Assembly: GCA_051294375.1 (NCBI GenBank)
Contig: CM119266.1
Coordinates: forward strand, 11,819,180-11,883,179
DNA length: 64,000 nt
Reading direction: 5' to 3'
From: Paraspadella gotoi
Lineage: Eukaryota > Animalia > Chaetognatha
How positions within the stretch are numbered: position 1 is the stretch's first letter; each line of letters begins with the position of its first letter. The notes under the pieces are model-generated. The model did not search any database. It saw nothing but the letters and a program-made list of their open reading frames with translations, and had not been told where the DNA came from. Below are positions 36,501 to 50,000 of the stretch, in pieces. Both the position numbers and the translations under genes were made by a program.

Positions 36501-39500
36501 TTTTGAACAAAATACATTTGTCAGAAGAGGCGATGACATGCTTTTCGGCTACGAATACGATCGCTCCCATTTCATTCGCAATACGCGGGTATTTTAGCAA
36601 ATTTGGCTAGAATAGCAATTGCAATTTCTGAATAAATTCGATGTCGCCATTTTGATTTTTTTTACTTCATCAATCACTCGGAATCTAAAAGTGGCAATCG
36701 AATTTCCACGGCGTCGATTGGAAAGAGGTGTGTTTCCCTCCAGTGTAGTTCTCAGAAATTAATTTAGGAAGTGGTACAATTTAATATCTGTAGAAGACTA
36801 GAAGTTATATCGAAAACTTTTACGGTATATTGGAACGACTTTTAGTTAAGAGTAACGCTTCAACATATTTGTCAACAACACTTTCGACACCGGAAGGTTA
36901 TTCAAAAGGAGTCCTTTCTTAACTGAGTTTGGCCATCGGACGAAAAAAAAATGGAGCTGAAAATTCCCTTTCACCTCATTTTTACTGTAATCATAAATTT
37001 GATGGATTCTGGATCAGACGTCAAAGTCATCGCCGATCATTTGTCGACGCCGCAATATTACATGAAAACCGTAGGCCGAGTCCTTCTCGGTATTTACCTC
37101 TTTCACTCGGTCGTATCGACGGCGTACGTTACGATTCATATGGCCAGAAATCGGGACATGTATCGCCGAATCTTGGAGAGGCGTTGGAAGACGTGCCTTA
37201 TGTTTGTGGGGAATCTCGCTGGGTTGGCAACGATCACCGTACCCGTTTCTTATTTCGCGGACGAGTTATATTATCCCGAAGAAAGTCAACCAATTCGGGA
37301 GCAAATAAAACAAGACATAATTGTGGGTAAGGAATTATATAAACCAAAATACAAAATAGGAATTTGAATATTTCGACTATGGCGGGAGGATCTCGACGTT
37401 TAAATTCGGGCCATCTGATCTTCTGATGCGTTTCTAGCCAGTGGCTCACTTAAACAAGTTCTTTATTATTATTTTCATTAACTTATTAAAGATTAATTTG
37501 TAGTTTGTCTTCTCTCTTAGATCGCGACTATCTTTCGATTCAGGTTTATCTCACCTCCACGTTTTTCTGGAGGCATTTCCTCAAATTCTCGTCCAAACTT
37601 CGGCCACTATTCTTTCTTGGACAAGCGACGCGGATCGACTCTGCTTTTTGCCAATTCACTTTCGCAATGGCCGCGATCGCTTTCGAGATGCCGGGTCTCT
37701 CTACGCCTTGATCAACTACACTTTTGTCAAAACGGATTCACCCTGCTTTTGCTACAGCACGCCAACTAGGACCGTCGGTATTTTCTCGCAAATACGCATT
37801 TTCTGCGCTTGGCCCCTCACGGAACGCTGGACTCTCATTTCCATCGGTCTCTCCACGCTCGGTCTGGCCCGCGCCGCCGTTGACTTTCGTCACGGACCAA
37901 CATCGGGGAAATTGGCCGGCTTGCGCAAAGGATTGGGATTTTTGCAAGGGATTTTGGGATCCACGATTTGTTTGTACATAGTTTTCGTCAAGAGCGTCTC
38001 GGTGTCGGTTTGGCTCGTTTTTTTGTCAGTTTTTATTCTCGTCAGGGTTTTTACATTCGAGGAGCTCAAAAGAATTTTTTTGAAAATTCTGAAATGGAGA
38101 AGCAACGTTTGCAGCAAAAGCCAAGATTTTCAAACTCAATTCGCAATGGCGGCTTTGGTGAACGCTTTTGTAGCTTCCATGATTTTCGCGATTGAAAGAG
38201 ATAATTTTCTGAGCGAAGTCACATTTAAAAAGTCGGCCTCTTGGGGTTTGTCACGTCTGATCAATAATCAGAAGCCCGTGTTAAAATTTTACGAATTTAA
38301 AAAGGTTAAAAACAAGTCGCATAATTTTTTGCAAAACATAAACTGTTTGACTGCCAATGGAATTATAAACCGAGACGTTTGGAGAAAAATGATTTTTTTC
38401 GATTCTTTTCTAAAATACGAACAAAATTGTATGAATAATGTCAATAACATTCCCAAAAAAGAAAGATTACGCACTGCATTTCTTGAAGAATACGCATTGG
38501 GGAACTATTTGATTTTGAATCCAGACCCGGCATTATTTTTCATTCTCCTACTTGTAGATTTTATTTTTGTAATTTTGTATCAAATTACTCTTTTTTGTCT
38601 TCATAAAAGCTTGTCACATTCTATAACTAATATAGTCGCTGTAATATCCGTAGCTGTCATAGTATACATGAATCTTTACCATTTCATCCGCCACATTAAT
38701 TTTATAAATATTCTTTCCCACATAAACAAATATCATATTCATTTACGGGCCGAAATACAGAATTCTAAGTATCTAGTTTTTCAAGGAAAAATCAATTTTA
38801 AAGAATTTGGACCATCGCGAGTTGTTAATAAGATCGGAATATCGCTGTGGAAGTTACACACATTCGGTAGTTTGTACGCAAACCTCTTTATATTTATTAT
38901 TTACATAAAACTTGCTTTAGTCATACAGAAAACAAAATTTTTACTGGTTTGTATGTCTCTTGTTTCGACTTCTCTTTATTTGTTCGTAATGTTTTTTTAC
39001 CAGCAATATAGCCAAAACAGGCAATCGAAAGAGTTTTCAAAGTTTTTTCAATTTTGCAACCTATCCTCTCAAGAAAAAGATTTAAATCAAATTTTAAGAT
39101 ATCTTTTAGCTCTTTTTTACGTTCGAGATCATCTCAGTTTTTTTGTGAGCATGTTGTTGCTGACTCCTATTCAAGGATTGTATCGTATTATTAAAAGCAA
39201 GAAATGCTATTTCAAATTGGCATTTTTGATTGTGGCGCTTCTGCTCTTAATACTGTCGCAGAAACATTTTTTGGATTGGAAAATCTATCAGCCTCCAAAA
39301 AATTTTGAAATTCCTGCTCAATTGGCGGGTCAAATCTCTTTACAAATGAAACGAATATTCTTAAGATATTCCCTTAACTATAACTTCGAGATAAGGCCTC
39401 CAAAATACATAAGGTTTACTACAATGCAAGTTTTTGGTAGCATTTGTCGACGTTGGCAAAATTTTCCAAATTCTTCGGTCACCTATTATGACAGAATCCA

Positions 39501-40077
39501 TCACAGTTTTTTTCTCAAAACCGCGGAAAACTTTGTAGTTTATTTTCAACATTTCCATCCCGAATTTAACAACATATTTTATAAGTATGTGTCTATGTAT
39601 CTATGTTTGCAAGGTCTTTTAATTTTGTGTCAATTCTAATTAGATTTCCAACATATGGCGGAATAGATTCATTGAGATAATAATTATAATTAAAAAATCT
39701 TAATATGAAATGAAATAAACCTTGAATGAAAATTTTCTAGATTAAAAACCATATCTTTGAAACGAGTTGGAAAGAAATAATTAACAATCAAAGCTATCAA
39801 CCCGATACCAAATACATTATCATAATATTTACTCTATACCACTGTCCGATAGCAAAAAAGATTCTGTACTGAAGGCACTCACAGGTATTGTTGACGGGCT
39901 GCTCGAATAGGCCATGAAGACGAAAGTGGAGGTTGTCGCACTCGAGAAGTCGAAACTCTCCCTTTCCGTTGAAGGTGTAGAAGGAGTTGTTGAACGTTCT
40001 GGAGGAGGAGGAAGAAGAAGAAGAGATATTGGTTAAAGATGACTAGAAGTTTGGGAAGAGGGAGGGGGAGGGGAGAG

Positions 40078-40133
<56 letters not shown>

Positions 40134-40134
40134 A

Positions 40135-40210
<76 letters not shown>

Positions 40211-43200
40211 AGAGAAAGAGACACCTAAAGGTCAATGACTTCACCGGAAGTGGGGATCCCCAAAGACATAGGCGGGTCCCGCGGGTTCGTAACGATCGCA
40301 TCCGGTTGTGTTGCGCGATTCGAGATACCAGCGACAAGGGTAGTAGTATTCAAAGTTGTACCTATTTAGGAAGAGTTTAGCGAGGAGTACGGGAATAGCT
40401 AGAGGATTGGGGACAAAATTAATCACTATGAAAATAAAACAATTGATATATAAGATTATATATATAATTATACCAACTCTCTGTGATAAATTTAGAAGCA
40501 AAGTATTTTAGTTGCGATAATAATAATAAAAATAAAAATAAAATAATAAAAATAATCAAGAGGAAATATTGGTCGAATAGGAGCTCACCATTTTTCCATG
40601 AGGTTGTCAGACCAGATGCAGCAGTAGTGGTAGGGCAAAATGTCGTGGACGTAATGGGACAGGACGGGCACCTTGAAGGGTTCCCCGTAGGGCGCCGTGC
40701 CCCACATGTGCGCGCGGTGTGCGTGCGAACCGTCCGGTTGATCCTGCGTGTACATCAGGTCGCCAGCTTCGTCGTAGCAGCATTGATTACCCCCACCGTC
40801 GGCGCTGCGGAGCAGGAGAAAAAAAATTATAACAACAACGATGATGGTTTGCAAGTATTCTTCAAAAAAAAAAGAAATAGAAAGAAAGGGATAGCGCATA
40901 TCGAATTTTTAGTAACCCCACCTTCCGTGAGTGGAGATAACGCAGTGATACGCGTTATGATTGATGAGACACGCCCCCTTTTTTGTGCGGTAGTCGCATT
41001 CTGGGTCGGCAATGAATCGGCCCACGTCCTTTAATGCCTGGAACCCGGAGAAAAGAGTCATCGTGACGACTATGTATATGAGTATGAGTACGAGTACGAT
41101 TACGTATGCATAGTCATAGTTATACAAAATATTTTTTGTTTATTTATTTATAAACAAGTCATATTCTGTATAACTGACTTTAACTATAAATCTCTTACTT
41201 GGGTAAGTTTGCACGGGCAAGGCGCCAATCTTTGGCGCCAGGTCATGTAACTTATGTCCTTTTTGTACCTGAAGTTGCACGGGGAACGTTTTTCAACGAG
41301 TTCTTATTAAAAAAACAATTACTAGTTTATTTTGTTTTAAATTTACCAAATGGAGCATTTTTCGTATTTCCAACCATCGCCGTAGTCGTCAATCAAGTCC
41401 CAATACATGTACCAACCGAGCGGCATCAGAGACGTCCACAAAGACCTGGCGAGATAGAGAAAGTAGAAATGAAAGAAAGATAAAAAATAGCAAAAAAAAT
41501 ATATATATAAAATAAATAAATACTATATAAGGAAATAAATAGATAAGTGGAAAGAAAGAGAGCCAGAAAATACAGATATTATGGCAACAGCCGGGTTGCC
41601 TGTGATGCCCATTGGGATGGGGCATCTCACTGTTGGCTTTGGGGGTTTCCGACCCTCAGTGACGCCTCTAGTCACTGGCGCGGTTACCCTAGGACGGTCT
41701 CGCTTTGCCAACGCAGAGGGAAGTCGTTAGGACTGTGGATGGAACACTACGCTTGGGATGGTGTGTTCCCCCTCTGAGCCAACGGATTTTGGCTGAAGGA
41801 TGGTGGACGTGAGGTGGTGTGAATATACCGCCACAATATCATATATAGACAAAGAGACATTATTAAGAAATACATGTTCTTTCTGCCGGCGATGGAGACG
41901 GCGATGGCGCCGACTTCGAACTTCGTCTTGTTCCAATAATCCTCGTATCTGTCGAGATACTCGTCCCTCCTGACGGCGTAAGGGGAGAAGGAGAATTCCC
42001 CGTTGTTTTCTTGGTCGCGCTCGATCTCGCGAATTTCCCGAAACTCCACGCGCTTCTCGGGATCTGAGAAGGGGAAAGATAATAACCCCTTCACGAATAC
42101 TATCTCAATGGGAAGGAATGCTTGTACTAGTTTTGATTTCAAGTTTGTTATGTTTAATCCATTGCGGGAAATGTTTGTTTTTCTACGACATGTTCGATGA
42201 ACATTTGTTCAGCGTTTTAGTTTTGATCACGTTTACGACCCAAGTGGTTACCAATAAAATTTTTTGTCATCCCAAGGAAGCATCAATTTTTTTTAAATAT
42301 TTAATATTTAAAACTGCATCAGAATGTAAGAATAAAATAAGCTTTGACCAAAATCCCCCTCAATCCTGTCGCCGGTCCAAACCGACCCGGCTCGTCGGGA
42401 TCCTCGTGATATCCGTAGATGTAGACGTTAATCTTGGAGTGTTTCTCCTGCGCGAAGGCCAACGGATCCCACGTGACGGTCAACTTGGACGGCGGTGGAA
42501 GACGCGACCAATCGTCTGATCTCTCTCGGGTCACCCGGTAGTCCACTCGATCGGGGGTCACTGTGGGGAGCCAGATGAGGGGGAGGGGGAGATGTTAGTG
42601 TTTGAAAATCTTCGGGGAGAGAGAAGGGGCAGAGACGATATGAAGAGGCTCGATGAGAGTCAAAAGCAATGTTTGGTCTCTTGTTTTATTTCGCTGTGAA
42701 TTTTCTTTGAAAATCAAGAAAGTGATTGTTGTTCGTCTAATTTTTTTGACGGCTCGTATGACGTAAAAAGCTAGAATGTTCCGTATATTCCCCCTTAATA
42801 TTATTCGTAACTTATAACTTTTGACCAACGTATTCATAAAGGCCACACCTATCATGATCTTCGTGTTCCATCGACCGAAATCGAAGAGAAGTTCTCCTCT
42901 TCTTTTCACGGAGATGGAGAGAGAGACGGGACCGACTTTAAACATCGTCGGCACCACGCATCTGGATGTCAAAATTAATTAATTAAGTAATTAAGTTATA
43001 ACCGAAGAAGCATGGCATTTTTGAAAGCTTTTACAGCTTCTAGAATTAAACATTTAACATTTAACATTTAACCTTCCAATTGAAGGTGTACTGGACAAAC
43101 GTCATCAGAAAATATGAACAAATAAGAGCAGCGTCAGTTCTCCAGATAAATAAATTTAATGAGTTTAAAAGTTTAAAAAATGTCTACTGTCGTTTACAGT

Positions 43201-46200
43201 GTACTTAACAAAATCTTTATAAAAATAAAATAAAATTTAAAAAAAGACTTTTTTGATTCAAACAAACTGCTCAGTTCGTACTGACAAAAACGTTCGCTAC
43301 AAAATGCAAATTAGATTTAGGATCCGACCTGCATCGCTGGAGGTGCTCGAAGATTCCCTCGACGATGATGTCGTCAAATTTGCAAAGGATCTTGTCGGAG
43401 GGTTGGAAGCAAGGACCCGAGGCGTTGATTTGCTCGCCTCCCAGCATCCCCGCGTAGCGAGGAAAGATTTGAACTTCACCTGTGGAAAAGAGAAATGGGG
43501 AATTGGTTTTAAGAATTCGTTGTCAAAACTCTTTTTTTTTCTTTTTTTCTTTTTAACTAAATTTCTTCTGTCTTCTTTTAATAAAATATAGCTATCGATT
43601 AATATTTCTTTCTTGCTTTAATTATCTTATCTTATTTTATCTTTCCTTTCCTTTAAAAAAATATTTCTTCCCTCCATACCCGAAGTATCATTGTTACATC
43701 CTCCCGGTTTGATGGTGTCGTAGAGACCGTCGATGCGAAAGATGTAGCGACCCCAGGCGTCCGAGTTTGAGCTGTTGTCAATATTGACGATCTCTGGTTG
43801 TGCAGAGAAGCGCGTCATCGCGTTCCAGGCCGTCCCGTTCCCGCGGTTGAAGCCGATCTGTGATGAAATTGTAGCAGAGCGATTTGTGAATCGTTGGGTT
43901 TCTTAATAGTATTTGCATATAGTCGTGTTTGAAAAAAACTATTATTATATATTTATTAAATATTCATTCATTGTTAATATGAAATTTATACCACCAATAT
44001 AAAAATTATCTATTCATTTAATAAATAAACACTTAAACAGTCTTGCCCTTGACTCTGGTGGTTTAAGGTCTCCCTAAGATAATGACCCAGCAGGTCCCTG
44101 CAAGCTTTTAATCAAGACTATCACAAAATCTCACATTTTTTCTTAAATCTTTTTACAAATAAATAATATGGATCATGATCTACTCATAAAATTGATATTT
44201 AATGATTCGCTTATCAAAATATTTGAATTCTTGCAATCATTGCACCTTTCAGAGAGACATTTATCGGTTGTTTAAAATGGGTTAACCGCTATTTTTGTGT
44301 CAACAACCATCGCGACAACAATTTTTGTCAAATCTATTTAGTCCTTACCCTGGCCCAGGTTGGCGAAACGGCGTTGGGGTCGGCGCCCCAATCTATCTGA
44401 TCGTAATTGAAGACGGCGTAAGTCTCGTTTTCGTCAGTGAGGATAATGGCTTGGAAAGTGTTCTTCGGATTTACCGTGTCGTCCTAGGAATATGGCGGGA
44501 GAAAACGTCGATTCGAAATGAACAAATCATATATTTATATTTACATATTAATCTTCAACAATCAACATGATCCCCCAGATTCACGGACGACAACAACTCA
44601 CTCGGGCGTCCGCCGGATGCGTCGCGCCGGAGTAAGTTAAGTTCCTCCAAGTAGCGCAGATGCCGAATCTCGCTCTGCGTCGCAGGAGGGAAATACACGG
44701 TCACGGATAGAAAAAAAATAATTAAGGTTTTCACACATTTAAAAAGGATCACCTAAAGAGGTCGCTGCCGACGACGGCTTTGTGAATCTCGTTCTCCAAA
44801 TCCTCCAACATATCGTTGTCCCGTTTTTGTACCGATTCTTTATAAATGAGGGCGTTGCAGTTGGAGGGGGTTAGGATAAAAAGGGGCAAAAATAAGTGCG
44901 TGGCAGCCCCGAACGCGAAACCTATAACCTAATAGACGAAAAACACTCACTCACTCACTCACTCACTATTGTCTGTCTGTCTGTCTGTTTGTCTCTCTCT
45001 CTCTCTCTAGAGTAAACAAAATAAACGAGAGAAACACAAAAATACTGACTGACTGACTGACCGATAGAATAAAAGTCGAAACGCTAAACAGACCGTCGCA
45101 CAAACAAACGACAGTAATGAAAAAAACCCATTAGATTCGTAGTATAAATCCACAAAGCGTTTATTCCTTAACTATCACCGCGTCACCCATACAGACATCC
45201 CCCTCGCCCCACCTTCGCCCCAAACGCCATCTATCCTGGTCGACGTCCGATAATACACCCTCTGCCGATCGTCTCTGGGATCGATGTCGATCCGCGAGTA
45301 AAAGGGAGCGATCATCGGCAGATCGTCCAGGTATGGATACTCGGGCACGGGGAAGTTCTTTCCGTTAAAGAGGGTCCACCGAAAGCCGAGCGGGGAAAAG
45401 TAAAAGTGGCCGTTGTTGCTGACCTGTGATTAGGGGGGCGGTTGTTTACATTTTGGGTCAATTCGATGGGTGAGATGTGGTCGGAAAAAACACTTACGTA
45501 AATGTGATCGAATTTGTGGCCGAAAAAAGTGAGATTAAAGTTGAGTCGAATTCGAGGCGATCCTAAGCGGAAGAGAAAGGTGATTTAAAGTGGACGGTGG
45601 GTTTGTTTTGGCATTTGAGAACATGAAAGTCTGAAACGGTATTAGAAAACTACTAAAGCCATCAATAAAGGTATAAAGAGAGCAAATTTTAAGTGAAAAT
45701 TTAAAAAAAACATAGTTAACTAGGTCCATTTTAATTCGTTTCTATTTACATTTGTTATTTACTTTCTATTGATTTTTTTTTTGAACCTTTATGAAATTGG
45801 TACAACCAATATAAAAATTATTCATTCATTTAATAAATAAGCTATCTTGCCCCTGACTTTGGAGAGGCTTTGGTGGTTTAAGGCCTCCATCACTCTTACT
45901 CTTATCTAATTTGCATATTTTAATCTTCTGTATTTTAGGGTTTCAGTCAGAACAGTCCCTCTTACCCGAATCGGCGGAATTGTCAGTGAGGTTGTCGAGA
46001 TCGTGTCGATTCCAGTCATGAATTCCATGAGGAAAGAGAATGGAACCGATGGGCACCAAAATTTGATCGTCTATCGAAAATAAATTGGGGTGCGGCTCAA
46101 ATTTTTTAATTGGGCAACAAAAGGTTTTAACTTATATTAAGATTTGCCGAAGTATTCTTAAATTACGTAACTTACCTTCGCAATATATTCCCAAGTAAAA

Positions 46201-46245
46201 TATTGCGTTGAAAAGCACAACGCCCAACAGAAAGTATTTCCTCAT
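30526..46245 (-). CDS. mesh: Mesh/SUSD2-like membrane protein (signal peptide, NIDO, IPT/TIG, AMOP, vWD, Sushi, TM, short tail), about 25 exons
   Basis: Signal peptide MRKYFLLGVVLFNAIF. NIDO motifs FFGHKFDHIY/VSNNG, MIAPFY, NTFQAIILTDE..TYAVFNY, GRYIFRIDG. IPT motif GMLGGEQINASGPCF. AMOP motif GGNQCCYDEAGDLM...HDILPYHYCCIWS. vWD motifs AYVFGDPHF and YTFNGKGEF. Sushi motif GCKDGYNFWG...CNFDGDW. TM exon at about 31057-31183. Stop after YTETDGL at 30526. Confidence 0.88.
31479..31645. repeat. Interspersed repeat family R1, copy 1. Other copies at about 43979-44133, 45790-45899 and 58297-58408.
   Basis: A shared string tatgaaattggtacaaccaata..aaattatccattcatttaataaataag...cttgcccctgactttgga.aggctttggtggtttaaggcctccatcactcttac occurs in four introns, always in the same orientation. 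Confidence 0.85.
32157..33345 (+). CDS. Class I SAM-dependent small-molecule methyltransferase (JHAMT / trans-aconitate-MT-like), 4 exons, nested in mesh intron 31391-33749
   Basis: Motif I VIDFGCGNG, post-I IVGVDV, motif II AFDLATSFMSAHWINDQ, motif III NIWFCLKPGG. Exons at about 32157-32353, 32447-32739, 32826-32892 and 32957-33345 have compatible phases. Confidence 0.82.
36951..39639 (+). CDS. XK-related (XKR/CED-8-like) multipass membrane protein, about 823 aa. Exons 36951-37326 and 37544-39639, nested in mesh intron 36347-39882.
   Basis: TM1 contains NLMDSGSDVKV (D-x-x-S/T-D). After a phase-1 splice (g|gtaagg to ttcag|gt) the frame gives HVFLEAFPQILVQ, the E-x-x-P-Q motif of the XK family. 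Many hydrophobic segments follow. Confidence 0.62.
41580..41835 (-). mobile_element. Element R2 copy 1, about 256 bp, solo-LTR-like or MITE-like, flanked by ATAT
   Basis: Highly similar to the reverse complement of 55627-55881. ATAT lies at 41576-41579 and 41836-41839. Termini TGTGGC...GCCATA are inverted-complementary. Confidence 0.75.
43979..44133. repeat. Repeat family R1, copy 2
   Basis: Matches 31479-31645, including cagcaggtccctgcaagcttttaatcaagact. Confidence 0.8.
45790..45899. repeat. Repeat family R1, copy 3 (partial)
   Basis: Near-identical to 58297-58408. Confidence 0.85.
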
Positions 46246-47006
46246 TTTTTTTTTTTTCAATGAAAAATTTTTTCGCGTCATGCGCAATGTGTGAGACTCA
46301 ACCGCTCGCCAGCTCGGAATTTTCAAAAATTTTGTTTATCAGTTATTATCTCTCTACAGCGAAGCACCTTTTGAGCAATGACGTTGAAGGGCAAAGATAA
46401 TGGAAGCCCCGAATGAAGAATTTAAACTTTTTGTTAAAAACTTAAATGATTAAACATTTTTTACAAAAGCAAGTAGTCAACAGTTTTGTCGTTAAAAGGG
46501 TTTGCAGCTCCAATTGTCTTTTTTGTGCAACACGTCGCAACGCTTTTGAAACTCTAGTACTAGTAGTAGCGTAAAGGTTCGAAGTCCACTTCCTATCAAA
46601 ACTGATCATTTTCGAGATAGCAACGGTTTTGCAAACAAAGATTTCAAGATCCATTCGTTGAAATATTTGTACCAGAAAAGCCCTACCCTGGCGGGAATTT
46701 TAGTATTATTCATTGAGTAAAATAATCATTTAATGTACTTTGTTACTTTGTAAATTCTAATCCTAAACAATTACTATTCTAACTCAATGGCATTTGAAAT
46801 CACTAAGGAGATGTAGAAAATAATTTTAAATAGACTAGCTCTATTTACTTCATTGTAGTGAAAGAAAACTTTTTAAAATACATTTAATTTTTATATAATT
46901 TCAGTTAGGTAAAATGCACAATACAACTATGTAAAAGTAAAACCAAACCCAACACCATCACAAAATGAATTGACCCAAAAAAAGATAATAACAAAAAAAC
47001 GAAATA

Positions 47007-50000
47007 TCAGGACCGAGTAAAAACCGAAACGATCCTTTTCTTAATGTCCGACATCCACAAAATAGCCTTGACGATGGAGAGGTACCCCTTGCCCGGGCAT
47101 GAGTCGGGCACATGATCCGGAAAGAAGGCGTAGGCCCGGACTTCGATCGACTGCCGCGGCGGCGCCTTCGGGTCCACCTTGGGATCCTCGAACGCCGTGT
47201 GGAAGCACATGCGGGCGGGCCGCTCGGGGTCCGAGTCGAACTGTTTGAAGAGGATGACCTCGTCCTTGCGCGCGCGGGGGTAGTAGAACCAACGATGGGC
47301 GTGGCTGTTCTTTTCGTTCAGTGCGTAAGTTTTCTCGGTGAAAGTGAAGTCCCCTTTTTGCTCGTAGCCGTGATACTCGCTATCCACGTAATCCTGTTGG
47401 GAAAGAAGGGGAATAAAGGATGCTAATAAGTAACTAATACGTAAACGTACGAATCTTAAGCATAAGAATTGTTAACCAGTCATTATATTTTGTAACTTCT
47501 TAGACCAAGAAAACGCTTTGTAAAACTCGCTTCCTTGTTTGGATCTTGTCCTGTCAAGCCCAGTTTCGTTGACCTCAGGAAGTTTACGCGCAGGATATTC
47601 TTCTGTGTACATACCATGTGCTCTCTGCTCCTTTTCTTTTGATGGACTCTTGGTCACTTTCTATTGTGTGGTTTTCGGTGAAAAGTCCTGAAGATCTCTC
47701 CCTCCCTCTCCTTCTCTCTTTTCCAGGGAATCATCCTTTGCATTCTATCCGTACGCTTCTTCTTTCTCCTCCTCAGTGTATTAAGGCTTTTTGACGAGCG
47801 TTCACATTTATTTACGTTGGAAAAAAAACAAGGAAAAAACACACCAAAAAAATTATTCTAACGACATTTTACTATTTTTTTCCCCCCCCAATTTCAAAAA
47901 ATCGCTCGATATATGCCTTTTTTTTAAAAAATAAATAAAAACATGTTTTTTTCCCTTGAAGAAAATAGCAAAAAACTCGTTGTGTCCGACCTCCCCGAAT
48001 TCACGAGACCCACGGATGTCATTCATCACTTCTCCCGATTCGGCAAAGTCTTGGACGCCGTTGTCAAAGAGTCGCCGCGGCGTCGCGTTGGCCTTGTGAA
48101 ATTCTCGCACGGCTCCGGAGTCGACGCCGCCCTCGCGGCGAAAAGTCACGTCATCTCGGGTAAGACGGTAAAGGTAAGTTTCTTTTTTAGAATAAAAAAA
48201 ATGTTGAAAGGTTTTTTTTTTTCTTTCAAGTAACTCCTATCCTAATGATTGACTAACCTTCAGATAAAAATGTTTTAATCAAATTTACTTGATAGAGTTC
48301 TACTGAATTTTGTATTTGATTATTTGTTCGTTTTTATGCATAGTTTATTATCCTCCCTTTTGCTATGTATTTTTGGAATTTTTGATTAATTTTAATTAAT
48401 AAAAAAGTTTATAGATTAAAGTACTCTAAAAAATATTTTCAAAACTCAAAACGTGTTTTTTCGAAGTTTAGTTTTAATCGAACAATTTAAAACAAAAATC
48501 ACAAACTCTCCATGCTGCCCCCCTCCCAAATTCCAGATCCGACGCCCCACACAACGCGCCCCCGACCTTCCCCCGCCACCCCCAAACGTATTCCGCTGCT
48601 TCGTCTCCGGTATCCCCCGCAACCTCCGAGAGGATCATCTCAGCGCGGCGCTCGATCGTCTCGCGCCCGTCCACAACATCCTACAAATTGTTAATAGACG
48701 TTGCGCCGTCGTGGACTTCCACTATCGCTACTACTTGAAGGGTCTCATCAAGTCGCGTTACTTTCTCTTCGACGGCCGTCTCATCGAGTTCGGAGAAACC
48801 GTCAATTGTCCCACTCTCATCGAAGACCCCTGCCTGTTGATTCAGGGTCTTCCCGAGAACATTACCAACGAGTTGTTGGGCGTCGTCTTCGGCCAATACG
48901 GTCAAATTCTCGAAGCCCGACTCCTCGACGATCTCGTCCCCTCGTTCCTCCCGTCGGGAAGGGGGCGACGTCTGGCGACTGTCCGCTTCGTCTATCCGTC
49001 GGAGGCGCTAAGATTGCGACGGTTCCACTTAATGTTTGGATTTCAAATGACGGCAATCGTGACGATTAGGTTCGCGTTGGAGCACAAAGGGAACCTGGTT
49101 GTGCCGAGTGGCGAGCAAGACTTCGGCGACTCTCTCAGAGATTCGGGGATTTTACAGGGGAATAGGCCAGCAAGCCCGGACGAAGTCGCGGAAGTTGCGC
49201 CGGGAGATTCGGATTCGGATTCGGAATCGTCGACGTCTGCAACGACGAATCAGGCCTTTGATCGTCGGAAACGAGCGCCGACCTTGTCCGAGTGGCGGAT
49301 CTCTCGTAGCTGGCGTCGCTATTGGGTCTCGAAACGTCGGCCGCACGCGCGATACCAATGCCCTGCTCGACTTGGTATCGAACTATCGTTGGATTAAAAA
49401 ACCGAGAAGCGGGGAAGAAGCGACATTAACCAGACTTCTGTCGTAGGAGCAGCAATCGTAGAAAAATAAGTGAACGTGCTCAATCTTAACAAAAAGATAT
49501 GAATTTTTACGTCCAATCTAATAGCTAATTAACGGACTTTTAAGCGTAGACATTTGGTTGCCTTTATAGTCGTAGCGTCTTCTAAGTTAACCAGAAGAAT
49601 CCAGAAGATTGTCATTTTGTAGCGTGTAGCACTAGAAAACCAATTGAGGCCAAGTTATATGTTCTATATGTAGTCTTTCTATTTCACTTATAACGTATTT
49701 AGTTTATCGACCTGTTATTTCCTACTAATTGTTTAAAAAGTTTGTGAAAGTGTTGAATTTGGGCTTAATACAATTTTAGAATATCGTTAATTTCAGATTG
49801 AAATGATTAAATTCCAACCGATTTGCTAGGAAAATCAACCTCACCTCGGATCCAATTCCCGGGGTCAACGACTTCTGATCCAACATGGCCAGGTGGTGAT
49901 TCACGATAGGCTCGTCGGAGATGTTCCTCCATGCGTTCATGTAGACGAACCTTCCCCGATGGAATCGCTCCTCTAACTCGGTGCAGAGAATTGCCCAAAG

